Position numbers and translations under genes: made by a program
DNA from: a virus
Taxonomy: Duplodnaviria > Caudoviricetes
Length of the DNA stretch: 58,216 nucleotides
Strand: one strand, 5' to 3'
IMG/VR virus record: IMGVR_UViG_3300042887_002068
Coordinates: 1-58,216 of that record
Notes under the pieces: model-generated
What the model was told of the DNA's origin: nothing
Databases searched by the model: none
What the model saw: the letters and a program-made list of their open reading frames with translations, nothing else
Part shown: one piece after another, positions 9,557 through 19,660 of the stretch
How positions within the stretch are numbered: position 1 is the first letter of the stretch
Layout of the letters: each line of letters opens with the position of its first letter

Positions 9557-12500
9557 TCAGACGGTATTATCTATCTTACTGAACCCGTTTTCCTTCTTTA
9601 TCTCAAGTTGCTTATCTACCATGTCTCGCATAGCGTCAAGATGGCTTATTATAATGATAAAATCAAAGTTTCGCTTTAGATAATCAAATAATGCGTGTAG
9701 CATAGGTATATTATGACCATCTAATGCTGAAAAACCTTCATCTACAACAAGATAGTTTGGTCTTGGTAGATTACTCACGTTGATTAGAGCAACTCTAAGT
9801 GCCAATCCCGATATGAACTTTTCCATACCTGAACATAGTTCAAGCGGCCATTTTTTATCTTCATACTTGATATATACATTCACATTCTTGCCGTCTGTTT
9901 CTATGCTTACACTAAACTCGACAATATGAGATAGTATGTTATTTACTTCTTGTTCAATCTTTGGTATGGCGTCGGATATTATTTGATATGGCACGCCATC
10001 CTTGCCAACGGCAGAAATATAATATTGATATGCGGAAAGATCATCTTCGTATTGTTGTATTGTCAATAGTTGTTTTTCTGATTCTTTGAGTTGATCGACC
10101 GCAGATACTTTCTTGCTATACGCATCCATATGCTCTTTTTCTATGTTTTTGAGCTTAGATGATATGTTTGACGCTTTGATTTTTAGCTCATTGACAATAT
10201 CTTCTATCGCCTTGTTGCTTTCTACAATCTCTTTTGACTTTTCATATAGTTCAATTTGATCTTGTAGTTCTTTGATGCGAGCATCATTTCTTTCAACACC
10301 GGACTTTAGATTTGTTTTTTCAAGTTCTTTCTTGGAAATAAAAGCAGTAAGCGTGTTGAGTATTTCTTTTAGTTTCACGCTTTCTTCATACTTTGATACA
10401 TACTCGGCATATGCTTCCATTTCTGTTTTGATGTTTGATAATGCGTCGGATAGTTCCTTGGCTTCTGTTCTATCGGCAGCAAGGCTTTCTCTGGTTGATA
10501 TAGCATCTTTTACAAAGATATTATCGCAGCAGTATTTACAGTTGGGGTCATATTCGTGTTTATCAAGATGAGCCAACTTCTTCAGCTTTTCAGACACAAT
10601 CGTTTTGAGTTTATCCATCTCGGTTTCAATACGCTGCTTGGTTCTGCTTAGTGTCTGATACTTGTCATGCTTTTCTTTGAGATCGTCTGGAAACTCTTTT
10701 AGCTTGTTGGCGGCGTCAACATATATTGGCTTTTTGGCTGATACTTCAATATCAATCTTTTCAATATTTTCATTTGCCAGCTTGTTTTTTGATACAAGAT
10801 TATCTCGCTCACGAACAATAGGCATTATGTTTGTAGGAACATTTTCAAGTTTTACAATAGTAGCTTTTTTAGCGTCTATTTCGGCATCAACTTCATTCTT
10901 GAACGCCGCTTGTGTTTCTTTTTGTGCGTTCAAGTCATTGATTTTAGAGTCAAGCAGTTCTATATCATTGCTGGTTTGGCTTATTTTCTTCAGCCCATTT
11001 TCTTTGTTGAACAACTTGACCGCACCAGACAGTTCCTTGGTTTTGTCTGCGGCAAGAGAAGCTAGTTTATCAAACAAGTTTAGACCAATAAACTGAGACA
11101 ATAGTTCTTTGCGTTCTGTTTGTCCCATATCAATAAACGAGCCTTGATTGCCTTGTAGAGCAAGTGTAGTCAATACAAAATCATCATAGTCGCCAAGATA
11201 ATCACGTATGATTTCATTGGTGCTGCGGCGAGCTTCGCTGTTGAGGCTTACTTTTTCATCGCCGTTTAGCTTGTAAAAGTTTACATCAACTTTGACATTG
11301 TTCTTTTTGTCTCGCTTGCCTTCACGTTCAATAACGTAATGAACATTGTTTATCTCAAATGTGAACTTGCCACTAAAACTCATCTTTTGCGAGTTCATTA
11401 CGTGCGTGGCCTTGAATGCTCGTGCACTCTTGTCAAACACCGTAAAGCACAACGCATCCATCAATGAACTTTTGCCGCTGGCATTTGCCGCAAATAGTCC
11501 ATATACATCCTCAAGCTTTGTAAAATCAAGAATGTTCTTTTCGCCATAACTAAACATATTGCTGAACTCAAACTTGACTGGCTTCCAGCGAATGTTTCTG
11601 GATGTATCATCCTTGCTTAGTCCAGTATTTAGTTCCTTGTTGATTTTACAGACGGTGTCAATAGTTTCATCGTCCATAACATCCACAAACTTCTTTCGCA
11701 GATAATCCGTGATGATTTTGTTCTGATAATCAATATTGCCGATTTGATTTAGATTTGATATGTTTTGTGCTTGAGCAACCTTGGTGGCACCATCTGTATC
11801 TACTCTTACATATATCAAGTCGGTGATTTCATATGTTTTGCGTAGTTCATTGATTACCTTCTTTACTTCTGTCGCAACACTTTCCTTACAACGCACACGT
11901 AGTTTTGGCTTACGTGGCATTGTGGTTATGTCAGTAATCAGTTTGCCGTCATCAACATCTATCGTAAAATACCCATAGTCGTTTGGTATTTCAACATGAG
12001 AATATGTTCTTTGCTTGATGTTCCATAGCGATAGTCCGTGTCCAAGCAATGCTTCGCCGTGGTTCTGCTGGATAAGAGACCCCGCATAACGTATAATAGG
12101 TTTTTCATTAGTTTCATCATATTGCTGTAAATCTTGAGCCATATGAATATCACCAAGCATGGCAATATCGTGCCCATCAAATAGTTCGTTGGTTATTGTT
12201 TTATCCGAGACCGCATATCCTATATCTGTGCGAGCATTTAGTACTCCGCCGTGATATAAAGCGATTTTTGTATCAAAACTGGTCTTTATCTTTTTGGTTA
12301 CATTCTTGAGCTTGATGTATTTGGTAACGTCGTCAAATACACTCATATTATTGATGAGCAAATTTGCGGCACCATACAAGCCGGTATTCTTTAGATAAAA
12401 AAGTTTATTGTGCTTTAGATTATCAACGATAGGAGAAATACTATCAAGACGAGTAGCATTAGTAAGCAAACAATCGTGATTGCCTGCGATGATAATCGTT

Positions 12501-12763
12501 GGTCTAAGTTCTGATAGTTTATGAAAAAACTCACTTGTAATCTGAACTGCTTCTGGGCTCAAATCAACTTTGCTATGAAGTGTGTCGCCAGTATTGATAA
12601 TAACCGTGTTTTCTGGCGTCTTTGATATTTCAGCATACAGCTTCTCAAACGCTTCTCTATATTCTTCGTGGCGTTTTGTAAGACGAATATGTATGTCGGA
12701 TATATGAACAACATAATCAATCTTACTTAGTCCTATATCCAACTTTTCAAATGTATCTACCAT
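9557..12763 (-). CDS. Fused Mre11/SbcD nuclease - Rad50/SbcC ATPase (T4 gp47-gp46-like)
   Basis: Metallophosphoesterase motifs SDIH, GD, GNHD and GDIH; Walker A ANASGKSS; coiled coil with CKYC zinc hook; signature CSGME; Walker B VVDEGFSALD; IISH. Confidence 0.93.
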   Translation of the reverse strand: MVDTFEKLDIGLSKIDYVVHISDIHIRLTKRHEEYREAFEKLYAEISKTPENTVIINTGDTLHSKVDLSPEAVQITSEFFHKLSELRPTIIIAGNHDCLLTNATRLDSISPIVDNLKHNKLFYLKNTGLYGAANLLINNMSVFDDVTKYIKLKNVTKKIKTSFDTKIALYHGGVLNARTDIGYAVSDKTITNELFDGHDIAMLGDIHMAQDLQQYDETNEKPIIRYAGSLIQQNHGEALLGHGLSLWNIKQRTYSHVEIPNDYGYFTIDVDDGKLITDITTMPRKPKLRVRCKESVATEVKKVINELRKTYEITDLIYVRVDTDGATKVAQAQNISNLNQIGNIDYQNKIITDYLRKKFVDVMDDETIDTVCKINKELNTGLSKDDTSRNIRWKPVKFEFSNMFSYGEKNILDFTKLEDVYGLFAANASGKSSLMDALCFTVFDKSARAFKATHVMNSQKMSFSGKFTFEINNVHYVIEREGKRDKKNNVKVDVNFYKLNGDEKVSLNSEARRSTNEIIRDYLGDYDDFVLTTLALQGNQGSFIDMGQTERKELLSQFIGLNLFDKLASLAADKTKELSGAVKLFNKENGLKKISQTSNDIELLDSKINDLNAQKETQAAFKNEVDAEIDAKKATIVKLENVPTNIMPIVRERDNLVSKNKLANENIEKIDIEVSAKKPIYVDAANKLKEFPDDLKEKHDKYQTLSRTKQRIETEMDKLKTIVSEKLKKLAHLDKHEYDPNCKYCCDNIFVKDAISTRESLAADRTEAKELSDALSNIKTEMEAYAEYVSKYEESVKLKEILNTLTAFISKKELEKTNLKSGVERNDARIKELQDQIELYEKSKEIVESNKAIEDIVNELKIKASNISSKLKNIEKEHMDAYSKKVSAVDQLKESEKQLLTIQQYEDDLSAYQYYISAVGKDGVPYQIISDAIPKIEQEVNNILSHIVEFSVSIETDGKNVNVYIKYEDKKWPLELCSGMEKFISGLALRVALINVSNLPRPNYLVVDEGFSALDGHNIPMLHALFDYLKRNFDFIIIISHLDAMRDMVDKQLEIKKENGFSKIDNTV

Positions 12764-12767
12764 AATA

Positions 12768-13742
12768 TTATTTTCCTAATCTTAAACAGGTTAGTGCCCC
12801 AAAGTCAAGCACATCCGTTTGTTTAATCTGGTTTATAGTTTTTTCAAATCCAAGCACGTTGGGATCTTTGCCTTCTAAACGCACAAGCTTGGCAGTTTTT
12901 CCAAGAGATTGTATAAACTTCGCAATCTTGATGGCACTATTCAACGCATCATCGTCCAACACAATATTGACTTCAGGACATTTGCTGGAAGTTATTGCTG
13001 CCTGAAGTTTTTTGCTCATTGTTTTACCAAACAGCGGTATGGCATTACGTTTGAGCGATATAGCATCGAGTGCACCTTCGCACAGATATATTGGATAATC
13101 AAAGTCTATCATATTCTCAAACCCAATGATATTCTTGCTAAATTCACTATTCTTATATTTGTAGCCGTCATCATAATAACTGCGGCAACTATAAAAGTTC
13201 AGATTGTTATCTTTGTCGTATGATGGAAATACAAGACGATTGGCAAATGGACCCTTTGCGCAATATCCAATGTTGTATTTTACAATATCACACAACGATA
13301 GTTTGCGTTTCTTGGCATAGTTGAACGCGACTTTATATTCTCTGCTGCCGTCATTTTCTGCCAAACTCTTGAAGTCAGGCATAAGAGAAAGTGATTCCGT
13401 TTTTTCAACTTCAACTTCACCAACTTTGAGTGATAAAATCTTGCTGTCAAACTCTGATAAATTTGATTTGTGCCCGGTATATCGGTCATTATCCCGCACT
13501 TTGTCCAATATATCGGACGTTACGTTCATTCGCTTAAACAGCCAATATAATCCACGACCCTTGGCGTGACATACCCAGCAATTCCATTTTTGGGGATCAT
13601 CCAGACACACTTCCATCTTTGTCTTATGATGGTGGCAGAAAGGACAATGATATACTATATTGTTGCCTTTACGCAGCCTGCCAGTTTCCTTGAATGCTCT
13701 GTTCAGCAAACTGGTAAGTTCTGTTATTTTTAATGATGACAT
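12768..13742 (-). CDS. DNA primase (CHC2 zinc finger + TOPRIM)
   Basis: CPFC...CWVC zinc finger; KYKNS; LCEGALDA; VLDDDA; KDPN. Confidence 0.9.
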   Translation of the reverse strand: MSSLKITELTSLLNRAFKETGRLRKGNNIVYHCPFCHHHKTKMEVCLDDPQKWNCWVCHAKGRGLYWLFKRMNVTSDILDKVRDNDRYTGHKSNLSEFDSKILSLKVGEVEVEKTESLSLMPDFKSLAENDGSREYKVAFNYAKKRKLSLCDIVKYNIGYCAKGPFANRLVFPSYDKDNNLNFYSCRSYYDDGYKYKNSEFSKNIIGFENMIDFDYPIYLCEGALDAISLKRNAIPLFGKTMSKKLQAAITSSKCPEVNIVLDDDALNSAIKIAKFIQSLGKTAKLVRLEGKDPNVLGFEKTINQIKQTDVLDFGALTCLRLGK

Positions 13743-13752
13743 TTACCATACC

Positions 13753-13780
13753 ACTATACAGATAATGGTAAAGTAGTCAA
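13753..13780 (-). promoter_or_regulatory. Sigma70-like promoter TTGACT-N16-TATAGT for the primase/Mre11-Rad50 operon
   Basis: Direct hexamer match between a terminator and the primase ATG. Confidence 0.65.
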
Positions 13781-13785
13781 CTAAT

Positions 13786-13814
13786 AAAAAACCCGCCGTA
13801 TTTGGCGGGTTTTT
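13786..13814. terminator. Intrinsic terminator (bidirectional)
   Basis: AAAAAACCCGCC-GTATTT-GGCGGGTTTTT. Confidence 0.85.
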
Positions 13815-13846
13815 GTAATTTATTATTTATCTAATTTTCGTCCCCC

Positions 13847-14317
13847 TCAATCGCTTTCTAGTTTCTCAATTCCCCGAATAATTGCATCCGTGATGTCTGT
13901 TGTTTTTTCAGCTTTTGTGACATCTTCTTTAACAGCATTAAACTGCTCTCCCCATATTCTAACACTGATAGTAGCCTTCCGCGAGCCTCTATCCAAAGTT
14001 AATGTAACTTTGTATAATTGTTCTACTCCACTTTTTTTTAATTTTTCAAAAGTTAATAATTGAGTTGACCCCCCGTCGAATGCTGGTCCGCTTATCGCCG
14101 TTACTGGATAAAAGCTGTAACTAGTATTCGGCATATTATATATTTTTGATTTTCTCAATTCTTTCAGAATTTTACTACCAAGTTCGTCCATAAATTTGTC
14201 TTGTTCGCCAAGTTTTGACAATGAATCCAAGTATTGGTTGTAAATTGTCGAAGCATTGCTTCCTCCAACTTCTTCAATTACTTCTCTAATCAATTGTTTT
14301 AGTTCGCTTCTTTTCAT
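13847..14317 (-). CDS. Hypothetical protein with MKRSELKQLIREVIEE leader (putative head-internal protein)
   Basis: 156 aa; the leader is shared with 35957-36658 and 29004-29459. Confidence 0.7.
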   Translation of the reverse strand: MKRSELKQLIREVIEEVGGSNASTIYNQYLDSLSKLGEQDKFMDELGSKILKELRKSKIYNMPNTSYSFYPVTAISGPAFDGGSTQLLTFEKLKKSGVEQLYKVTLTLDRGSRKATISVRIWGEQFNAVKEDVTKAEKTTDITDAIIRGIEKLESD

Positions 14318-14369
14318 AATGATATATCTCTAAAAGGTTATCTTAATAAATATAATGCTAAAACGGTAA

Positions 14370-14861
14370 TCAACCAGCCAAACTTAATACTATGGCGTCT
14401 CGCACATCTTCCATCCTTTTATCAGGATTTCCTTTTTTATTTAAAACAGACCATTTTGATAAATCGTATTGTTTCTCCAATTCGGCTTTTACAAAATCTT
14501 TAGCCTTGACGCCTTTAGCGCGCGCCGCACCAAGTGCTTTTTTACGAGCAGTTTGTGCGTGAATACTATCTACACATACACCATAATGATTTTCAAGTAT
14601 ATAACCTACTACAGCCTTGTTCTTGACCAGTTTAATAATGACTTGCTGTGAAGTACCCCCACCAGCAAACCCAAACAAGCTTTCTTCAATCATTATTTTA
14701 TCAAAACTGTGACCAACCAGAGTTTTTATAATAAGGTCTGCTTTATCTTTATACTTCTCGGCGTTTGATATATCAATATAGCCGCAAGATAGTATTTCTT
14801 TATTTTCTGTAATAGCCCATCCACAAGTTGTTGTGGATAAGTCAAGACCCAACACTTTCAT
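14370..14861 (-). CDS. RuvC-like Holliday junction resolvase
   Basis: VLGLDLSTTTCGWAI, IMIEES and EDVRDAI form the RNase H-fold acidic pattern. Confidence 0.85.
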   Translation of the reverse strand: MKVLGLDLSTTTCGWAITENKEILSCGYIDISNAEKYKDKADLIIKTLVGHSFDKIMIEESLFGFAGGGTSQQVIIKLVKNKAVVGYILENHYGVCVDSIHAQTARKKALGAARAKGVKAKDFVKAELEKQYDLSKWSVLNKKGNPDKRMEDVRDAIVLSLAG

Positions 14862-14879
14862 ATAACCATTTATAATAAA

Positions 14880-15227
14880 TCAACCGTGATATGTAGAATT
14901 GCTGTGTCGCAGCGTGTTTCTGGCATAATTCAATGCAGAATTGCTGAATCCACCATTTCTGGTAATAAACGGTATGAACGAGCTTGGTTGAAATGTACGA
15001 GTATATTGATTGTCAATATAATTATTTGTGGATTGATATACTGGACCGCCTGCCTTATAACTTTCTCCCCATCCTCTGTCCCCAATGCCGTTTCTTGGTG
15101 CAATCAAATGCGACCGAATATTGCCATACACAGATGCTCCAAGACGAGGATCGGTATGTATAGTTCTATATAATGTTTCTAATCTTTCAGGACCAGATGG
15201 TTTTGCGATTGGGTCGAGTGCTGACAT
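14880..15227 (-). CDS. Hypothetical protein (probably virion-associated)
   Basis: 115 aa; AGGAG SD and ATATTTATA motif upstream. Confidence 0.7.
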   Translation of the reverse strand: MSALDPIAKPSGPERLETLYRTIHTDPRLGASVYGNIRSHLIAPRNGIGDRGWGESYKAGGPVYQSTNNYIDNQYTRTFQPSSFIPFITRNGGFSNSALNYARNTLRHSNSTYHG

Positions 15228-15263
15228 ATGTATTTTCTCCTATTATTTATTATAAATATAATG

Positions 15264-18200
15264 TTACGTATCAAAACGAACAACAATATTAAGCGGCCAA
15301 TCAATTAAGTTTTTTACAGGTCTTCCCAATTTACCAACAGCTACAAGTTCGTTTCCGTCATACAAGCCAATAGTTGTTATAAACGGAGCCAAATATGAAC
15401 CTGTAGGGTCGTATGATGAACTATATTGATACTCTAAGAAATATGGACTTACTTTTGCATTATCGCTACGACAATATGTGTTCAGATATTCTTTGATTTC
15501 TTTTACATATCTACGTGTAGAGTCTTCGTTAATCAACAAGTTTAATCTGTCTGGAGTAAGACGCTGTAGATAATACAATGAAAGTATGTTTCCATCATTT
15601 AAGTTTATTTTTCCGTCACCATCAATATCAAGTAACCCCGTGTTTACCAAATTATTTTCTATATAATCAAACGCAGTTTTGGTGAATGCATTAAATGATG
15701 AGCTTGCTAAATATGCCGCCTCATCACTTTCCAATAACAACACATCCTCGGATTCAAGTTGTAGTATGTCATTATTCCACCAACTATAATCTTTAAGACT
15801 ATCTTGTTCTAAAATAATTCCATTATCGTCAAACACGAATTCTTCAAAGAATTTTCTCTTTTGCAAATAACGCATTATCAAATCAACGTCATTAAAATCA
15901 AAAACGCCATCTTGATTTACGTCAAACAACAATGAGCTTTGCACAAGTGCAGTAGGATTAATACTATAATTAAATTCTCCCGGTCTAATAGAAATTAGAT
16001 GTTCGTGCTCGTATATTGCATGAGAACCTTGATAATTTAAATCAAATCCACGAGAACCTGTACCAGTGAATATATTGTAATAATTGGACGATGTATTTGT
16101 TAATACAAAATATCCATTCTTATAAAATACATTTCCGATTAATGGGCTGGTCTGGTAATTGCTAAGATTATAAACATAAACTGAACCGGAACAATTTGAT
16201 GGAAACCCCAGTAAGTTATTTGGGTCAGAAATAGACTCTGTGGCCGAGGCTGTGGCAAGGTGTACAACAGGTGCACCAACCGTCAAAAAGTCAGAACAAA
16301 CGCAGACAGAATATCCATAAATATTACTTGGTTTGTATGCTTCTTTGTTTCGCTTTATCATGCCTGTCAGTTTCCAAGCATCCGACGCATCGTCATAATT
16401 ATATACAGTTACTCTACCCAATACTCCGGACGTATCTTCGGACGAAGTTGAAGCGTATGAATAATTTTGTAATACATATTGTCCATCAACATAATCGACG
16501 CTTGTACCGGTTGTGTCGGACCAAGATGTTACCGCAGCAAAATTTCCATCAACAGACACAGATTTTCCAAAATTATTATTTTTTGTATATTGCCTGTCAC
16601 CAAATGTTTTTAGAGATTTCCAATAACTGGATGTTCCGCACTGCGGCATATATCTATAAAAATAAGCTGCCCCAAGAACAGTTGCTCCACCAGAGTATGA
16701 AGAATATGGAATAAATGCCTTATCGCTCAAGCATCCAACAACTATTGTCGGATAACTTACAGAGACCGAAGTTCCAAATCCATCCGTTGTTATTTCTGTA
16801 GAAGTAACATCGTTATTGTATAGTGCAAGAGACATATCCAAGTCTCCGTATGTATTATCTCTTCTGAGTATCTTACATTCTCCCCAAGACGCTGTGGGAC
16901 ATTCTCCGTATGAAGCAGAATAGTATGAGCAAGTGAATACTGCGGCATATCCATTTCCACTCTTGTATGTTCCCACAACTAAACTACCAGAATCTAAAGA
17001 AACACACCATCCGAATTTATCACCGGAAGCAAGCACGCTTGATGTAACGACCGCTTCATATACCCAAGTATAACTACCAGACAATGCGCCAGAAGCAATA
17101 GTTCTTTCATTATATATCGTATATGATCCAGATTCTGTTATAAGTTCTCCACAAAAATCATCCTGTGGGGCAACAGTTTGCCAGAATGAACTGGTTTGTA
17201 TGTTGTCACACCCATTACTAAAATATCTCTTTCTTCTGAAAATATAAACTGCACCAGATCCACTTACATTTGGTGCACCGACCGCCAACGTGTCGTCATC
17301 CAACGCAACAGAATGTCCAAAATAATCATTGTCCGTTGCTCCCTGTAATATATTGACGAGTCCCCAGTTATCTATGCCGCCCTTGTCTCTATTGTATACA
17401 AATACATAGCCAGGAAATGAACCAGACAAACATATAGATCCGGAAGATGAGCCAATCGCGAGAAAATTATCTCTCACCGAGACGGATTGACCAAACGTGT
17501 CTGTGAAATACGAAGAACTTGCCTGAAACTCTGGTATTGAATATGGGAATGTATCATCAACGTCAAAATCAGTGAAAAATCCAGAATCCGTAAATGGACA
17601 ATTAAATTTTTTAACTAGTCTGTGAACTCCGGTATTGTCGTCGTATTTAAATATCGCTGCATATCCCAACGAAGGTCTATACAAGCTATACTTGTCTATT
17701 GAAGACCCAACAGCAACATACTTGTACCACGAACTGACCGATTCACCGAAGTGCTCATTGTCCGATTGAAAATTATCTACAACAGAACTGCTATCAAATA
17801 AAATGGAAGATGTTCCAACATAAGAAACATTCATTCCTATACTGGCATACTCTTTTGCGGAGACTACATCTATTTTATGGACTATGCCATTGCCCAGGTT
17901 CAAATAAAATTCTCCACTTGAAGTATCCCAATATGGTCTTGGATATATGTTTTTTACCCCACCCAAAGTTGTATATGTAGAAAAGTGAGAACCGCTGACA
18001 TACAAATTAGTGTACCCGTCATCTAATATTCTATATTCTTCATGTGGATTTGAGTTGTCGGTAATTACCACGGAGCTTGGTCTTACTTTGTCACCAAATG
18101 CGTTATGATTTAGTGCCAACGAAACAACTCTATCATTTATGCTTCTAACTTCTCTTTTTCCAGTTACTTTATCGGTTGTATAACTTTCTACGCCAAACAA

Positions 18201-18494
18201 CTCAGTGAAGTTGTTCTTGTTTCTATAAAACATAGCGTCAGTGAGACTATATATGTTTCTTGCGTATTTCCCAGAAGGATTGATTGGCTCTAACGAGGCA
18301 GAATAATATGGACTACCGGATGGATAAAAAATAGATGATATTTTCTTACCTTCGTTTATCTCACAAAACTGATTGTAATATGTGCTATATCCATATGCAT
18401 CAACAGAAGACGAATCAACACTTTGAACTGTCCAGTTCTTGAACGTATTGAATGGCCTTATTGTGATATCCCCTGCGGAGAACTGTTTTATCAT
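15264..18494 (-). CDS. Tail/baseplate protein with an FG-GAP (integrin-alpha-like) beta-propeller and dockerin-like Ca-binding motifs
   Basis: Repeated FGxSVS...VGAP...GAVYIF blades; DVNQDGVFDFNDVDLIMRYL and DIDGDGKINLNDGNIL; C-terminal FITTIGLYDGNELVAVGKLGRP shared with the next gene. Confidence 0.8.
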   Translation of the reverse strand: MIKQFSAGDITIRPFNTFKNWTVQSVDSSSVDAYGYSTYYNQFCEINEGKKISSIFYPSGSPYYSASLEPINPSGKYARNIYSLTDAMFYRNKNNFTELFGVESYTTDKVTGKREVRSINDRVVSLALNHNAFGDKVRPSSVVITDNSNPHEEYRILDDGYTNLYVSGSHFSTYTTLGGVKNIYPRPYWDTSSGEFYLNLGNGIVHKIDVVSAKEYASIGMNVSYVGTSSILFDSSSVVDNFQSDNEHFGESVSSWYKYVAVGSSIDKYSLYRPSLGYAAIFKYDDNTGVHRLVKKFNCPFTDSGFFTDFDVDDTFPYSIPEFQASSSYFTDTFGQSVSVRDNFLAIGSSSGSICLSGSFPGYVFVYNRDKGGIDNWGLVNILQGATDNDYFGHSVALDDDTLAVGAPNVSGSGAVYIFRRKRYFSNGCDNIQTSSFWQTVAPQDDFCGELITESGSYTIYNERTIASGALSGSYTWVYEAVVTSSVLASGDKFGWCVSLDSGSLVVGTYKSGNGYAAVFTCSYYSASYGECPTASWGECKILRRDNTYGDLDMSLALYNNDVTSTEITTDGFGTSVSVSYPTIVVGCLSDKAFIPYSSYSGGATVLGAAYFYRYMPQCGTSSYWKSLKTFGDRQYTKNNNFGKSVSVDGNFAAVTSWSDTTGTSVDYVDGQYVLQNYSYASTSSEDTSGVLGRVTVYNYDDASDAWKLTGMIKRNKEAYKPSNIYGYSVCVCSDFLTVGAPVVHLATASATESISDPNNLLGFPSNCSGSVYVYNLSNYQTSPLIGNVFYKNGYFVLTNTSSNYYNIFTGTGSRGFDLNYQGSHAIYEHEHLISIRPGEFNYSINPTALVQSSLLFDVNQDGVFDFNDVDLIMRYLQKRKFFEEFVFDDNGIILEQDSLKDYSWWNNDILQLESEDVLLLESDEAAYLASSSFNAFTKTAFDYIENNLVNTGLLDIDGDGKINLNDGNILSLYYLQRLTPDRLNLLINEDSTRRYVKEIKEYLNTYCRSDNAKVSPYFLEYQYSSSYDPTGSYLAPFITTIGLYDGNELVAVGKLGRPVKNLIDWPLNIVVRFDT

Positions 18495-18553
18495 ATATAG
18501 ATAAATATTTATAACCCGCAGTATTTGACCACATTCATGTGGTACTTTCTATA

Positions 18554-19648
18554 TCAAATGTCGATTTTAATTTTTATCAACGCTTCGTTGGTAAAGTCTT
18601 TTAGCAACGGCTGACTCAACTTAGCTACGGCAACAAGATCATTTGTTTCGTTATACAGTCCTACAGTGGTAATATACACTTTTGGATCTGTGTAGAAATC
18701 GCTGAATCTTAGTTTGCCATAATCTGCGCTAGTAGAATCAGATATAATAAATGTAGGATTATTGCTGTAGTTATATTCCTGATTCTTTACGCGAACAAAG
18801 TAATGGCGGGCAGGCACATACTCTGTTACTCTCGCTTTCATTGACGAAATAGTCGCGCCATTTTTGATAGAAGCAAAAAGTACATTTTGCATTCGTGCAA
18901 ATCCGCCGCTCCATCCATTTACTGGATCATATAAGGAATAGCCGTCTACATCGCCTATCAAATCTCTTAACACGGTTGGATTTAGTATTACCATTCCAAG
19001 ATCCGGGTACATAGATCCGATTGCTTCATAATTTCTCGTTTGTGCTGCACCATTGGCAATCGTACCCTGTATTAAATTGTAACGCTTCCCTCCAGTTTGT
19101 GTAGTAGTCGAAGGGTTGTCCTTGGAGTCGTCAATGATCGTAACTGTTCCAAGAGATCCACTTAGTGTAATTTCAAATTGGCCCGGATCTAATCTATCTT
19201 TGTATTTTGTACTTCTAAATGCGATAGCATAAATTGCATCGGAATCAACCGACGTTTGGTTACCGAGTGCGTCAGACTGAATAAATGAGAATTTAGTATC
19301 ACCAGGTGCCAATAGTAAATTTCTATATTGATTGTATATTGCCTTCGTTGGATAAATCAGACTCCCCTGCGACGTATTGGTATCAAACGTTGAAGAACCA
19401 GATCCGGCGTAGTGTCCGTATGTCAAAGAAAAATAGATATCTGCACTGGCTGAGGTTATAGGATAATCATAAACGTTGGTATAGTATAGCCCGTTCAATG
19501 GCTCAAACGCCGATGATGACGCGACGGTCTGTGCACTGCTTGTATAAAATTGAGACCATGCAGTTTCTCCATCACTCCATACTCCAGTTGATACTGGCTG
19601 GGATCTTCCTGCTACTATATCGGTTGCGTCAAATTGCTTAAAAATCAT
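18554..19648 (-). CDS. Tail/baseplate structural protein (paralogue of the 15264-18494 core)
   Basis: MIFKQF N-terminus; EYNYSNNPT; YITTVGLYNETNDLVAVAKLSQP (tail-collar fibre-like C-terminus). Confidence 0.75.
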   Translation of the reverse strand: MIFKQFDATDIVAGRSQPVSTGVWSDGETAWSQFYTSSAQTVASSSAFEPLNGLYYTNVYDYPITSASADIYFSLTYGHYAGSGSSTFDTNTSQGSLIYPTKAIYNQYRNLLLAPGDTKFSFIQSDALGNQTSVDSDAIYAIAFRSTKYKDRLDPGQFEITLSGSLGTVTIIDDSKDNPSTTTQTGGKRYNLIQGTIANGAAQTRNYEAIGSMYPDLGMVILNPTVLRDLIGDVDGYSLYDPVNGWSGGFARMQNVLFASIKNGATISSMKARVTEYVPARHYFVRVKNQEYNYSNNPTFIISDSTSADYGKLRFSDFYTDPKVYITTVGLYNETNDLVAVAKLSQPLLKDFTNEALIKIKIDI

Positions 19649-19660
19649 ATGCGTAAATTA

